This document shows, in pieces, positions 63,269 through 64,000 of a stretch of DNA of 64,000 bases. The stretch lies in NCBI GenBank assembly GCA_965112155.1, contig OZ218098.1. One strand, 5' to 3'. The notes beneath the pieces were generated by a model. The model was given only the letters and a program-made list of their open reading frames with translations. It was not told where the DNA came from and ran no database searches. The translations under genes were made by a program, and so were the position numbers. Source of the DNA: Podarcis liolepis (lineage: Eukaryota). Within the stretch, counting starts at the first letter, position 1, and every line of letters starts with the position of its first letter.

Positions 63269-63491
63269 ATACTTTAAAAAACACACACCTTAATCTTAGG
63301 GCCTAGCTAGCTGTTAATGGGGGCTGAATAGCTGCTGCTGACTTGCCTTTCTCCCACACATCTTCTCAGCAATATACATGTTTTGCTTTGTTTTTAAAGA
63401 AAGACTTCACTGTGGACAGCATTTTCCAGCTGCAATTCATTAGTAGCTAGTTGCAGTGAGTGGTGCAAGGCTGGAATTTTGGGATTCTGCA

Positions 63492-64000
63492 TAACAACAA
63501 CAACAACAACAATAACAATAATTTTTATTTATATCCCGCCCTCCCCAGTCGAAGCCGGGCTCAGAGCGGCTAACATCAAATGTATAATATATTAACATAA
63601 AATCAGACAATCAATTAAAATACATCCTCAAATCAGATCAGGATCAGAATAAAATCCAATTGGATGGCAATCCGCAGATTAGGGTTGGGGACCTTAAATG
63701 CTCACCAGGCCCAACTGTTTGTGCTGAACTTATATGGGCCTGTGAGAAAAATTGGGAGGCCACTTTCATGCAAGTTCTTATGAAAGAGGAGAGGGAGTCA
63801 GACTGAACCCCAACCAAAGGCCTGGCAGAACAGCTCTGTCTTGCAGGCCCTGCGGAAAGATGTCAAGTCCCCCAGGGCCCTAGTCTCTTGTGACTGAGTG
63901 TTCCACCAGATTGGAGCCATAGCCTAAAAAGCCCTGGCTCTAGTTGAGGCCAGCCTATCCGCTCTGTGGCCTGGGACCTTCAAGATGTCTTTATTTGAAG
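63492..64000 (-). mobile_element. L2 LINE 3' end (continues beyond the window)
   Basis: (CAA)n(TAA)n tail, TATCCCGCCCTCCCC...GAGCGGCT stem and CCAAAGGCCTGG block as in 34691-35135. Confidence 0.75.

Noticed and set aside
38403-64000. TNS1 exon 2 (C1 domain) and other alternative first exons
   Set aside because: No matching coding sequence seen; probably outside the window.

Overview
Vertebrate genomic DNA, inferred to be from a lacertid-type lizard on the basis of Sauria SINEs, Bov-B, RTE, CR1, L2 and squamate-type L1. About 85 ORF-track entries in the intron region and most others are non-coding noise. The one recognisable host gene feature is a CpG-island promoter and first coding exon on the + strand (38307-38402, MTRLSWCFASLIRWGKYFFSCFLPLRFCLHRE, then a GTAAG donor). 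From memory this matches an alternative N-terminus of tensin-1 (TNS1); 38.4-64 kb appears to be intron. About 4 kb upstream lies a full-length, apparently intact 6.0-kb L1 on the - strand (27489-33475; ORF1, ORF2, poly(A), perfect 18-bp TSD). At the left edge, a 5'-truncated L1 with a 17-bp TSD interrupts an exon-like segment of an unidentified, possibly decaying - strand gene. The rest is SINEs, LINE fragments, hAT and Tc1/pogo-type MITEs (several nested), microsatellites and two assembly gaps. No CRISPR array, rRNA or genuine tRNA gene was found. Family names come from recognition, not from database searches.
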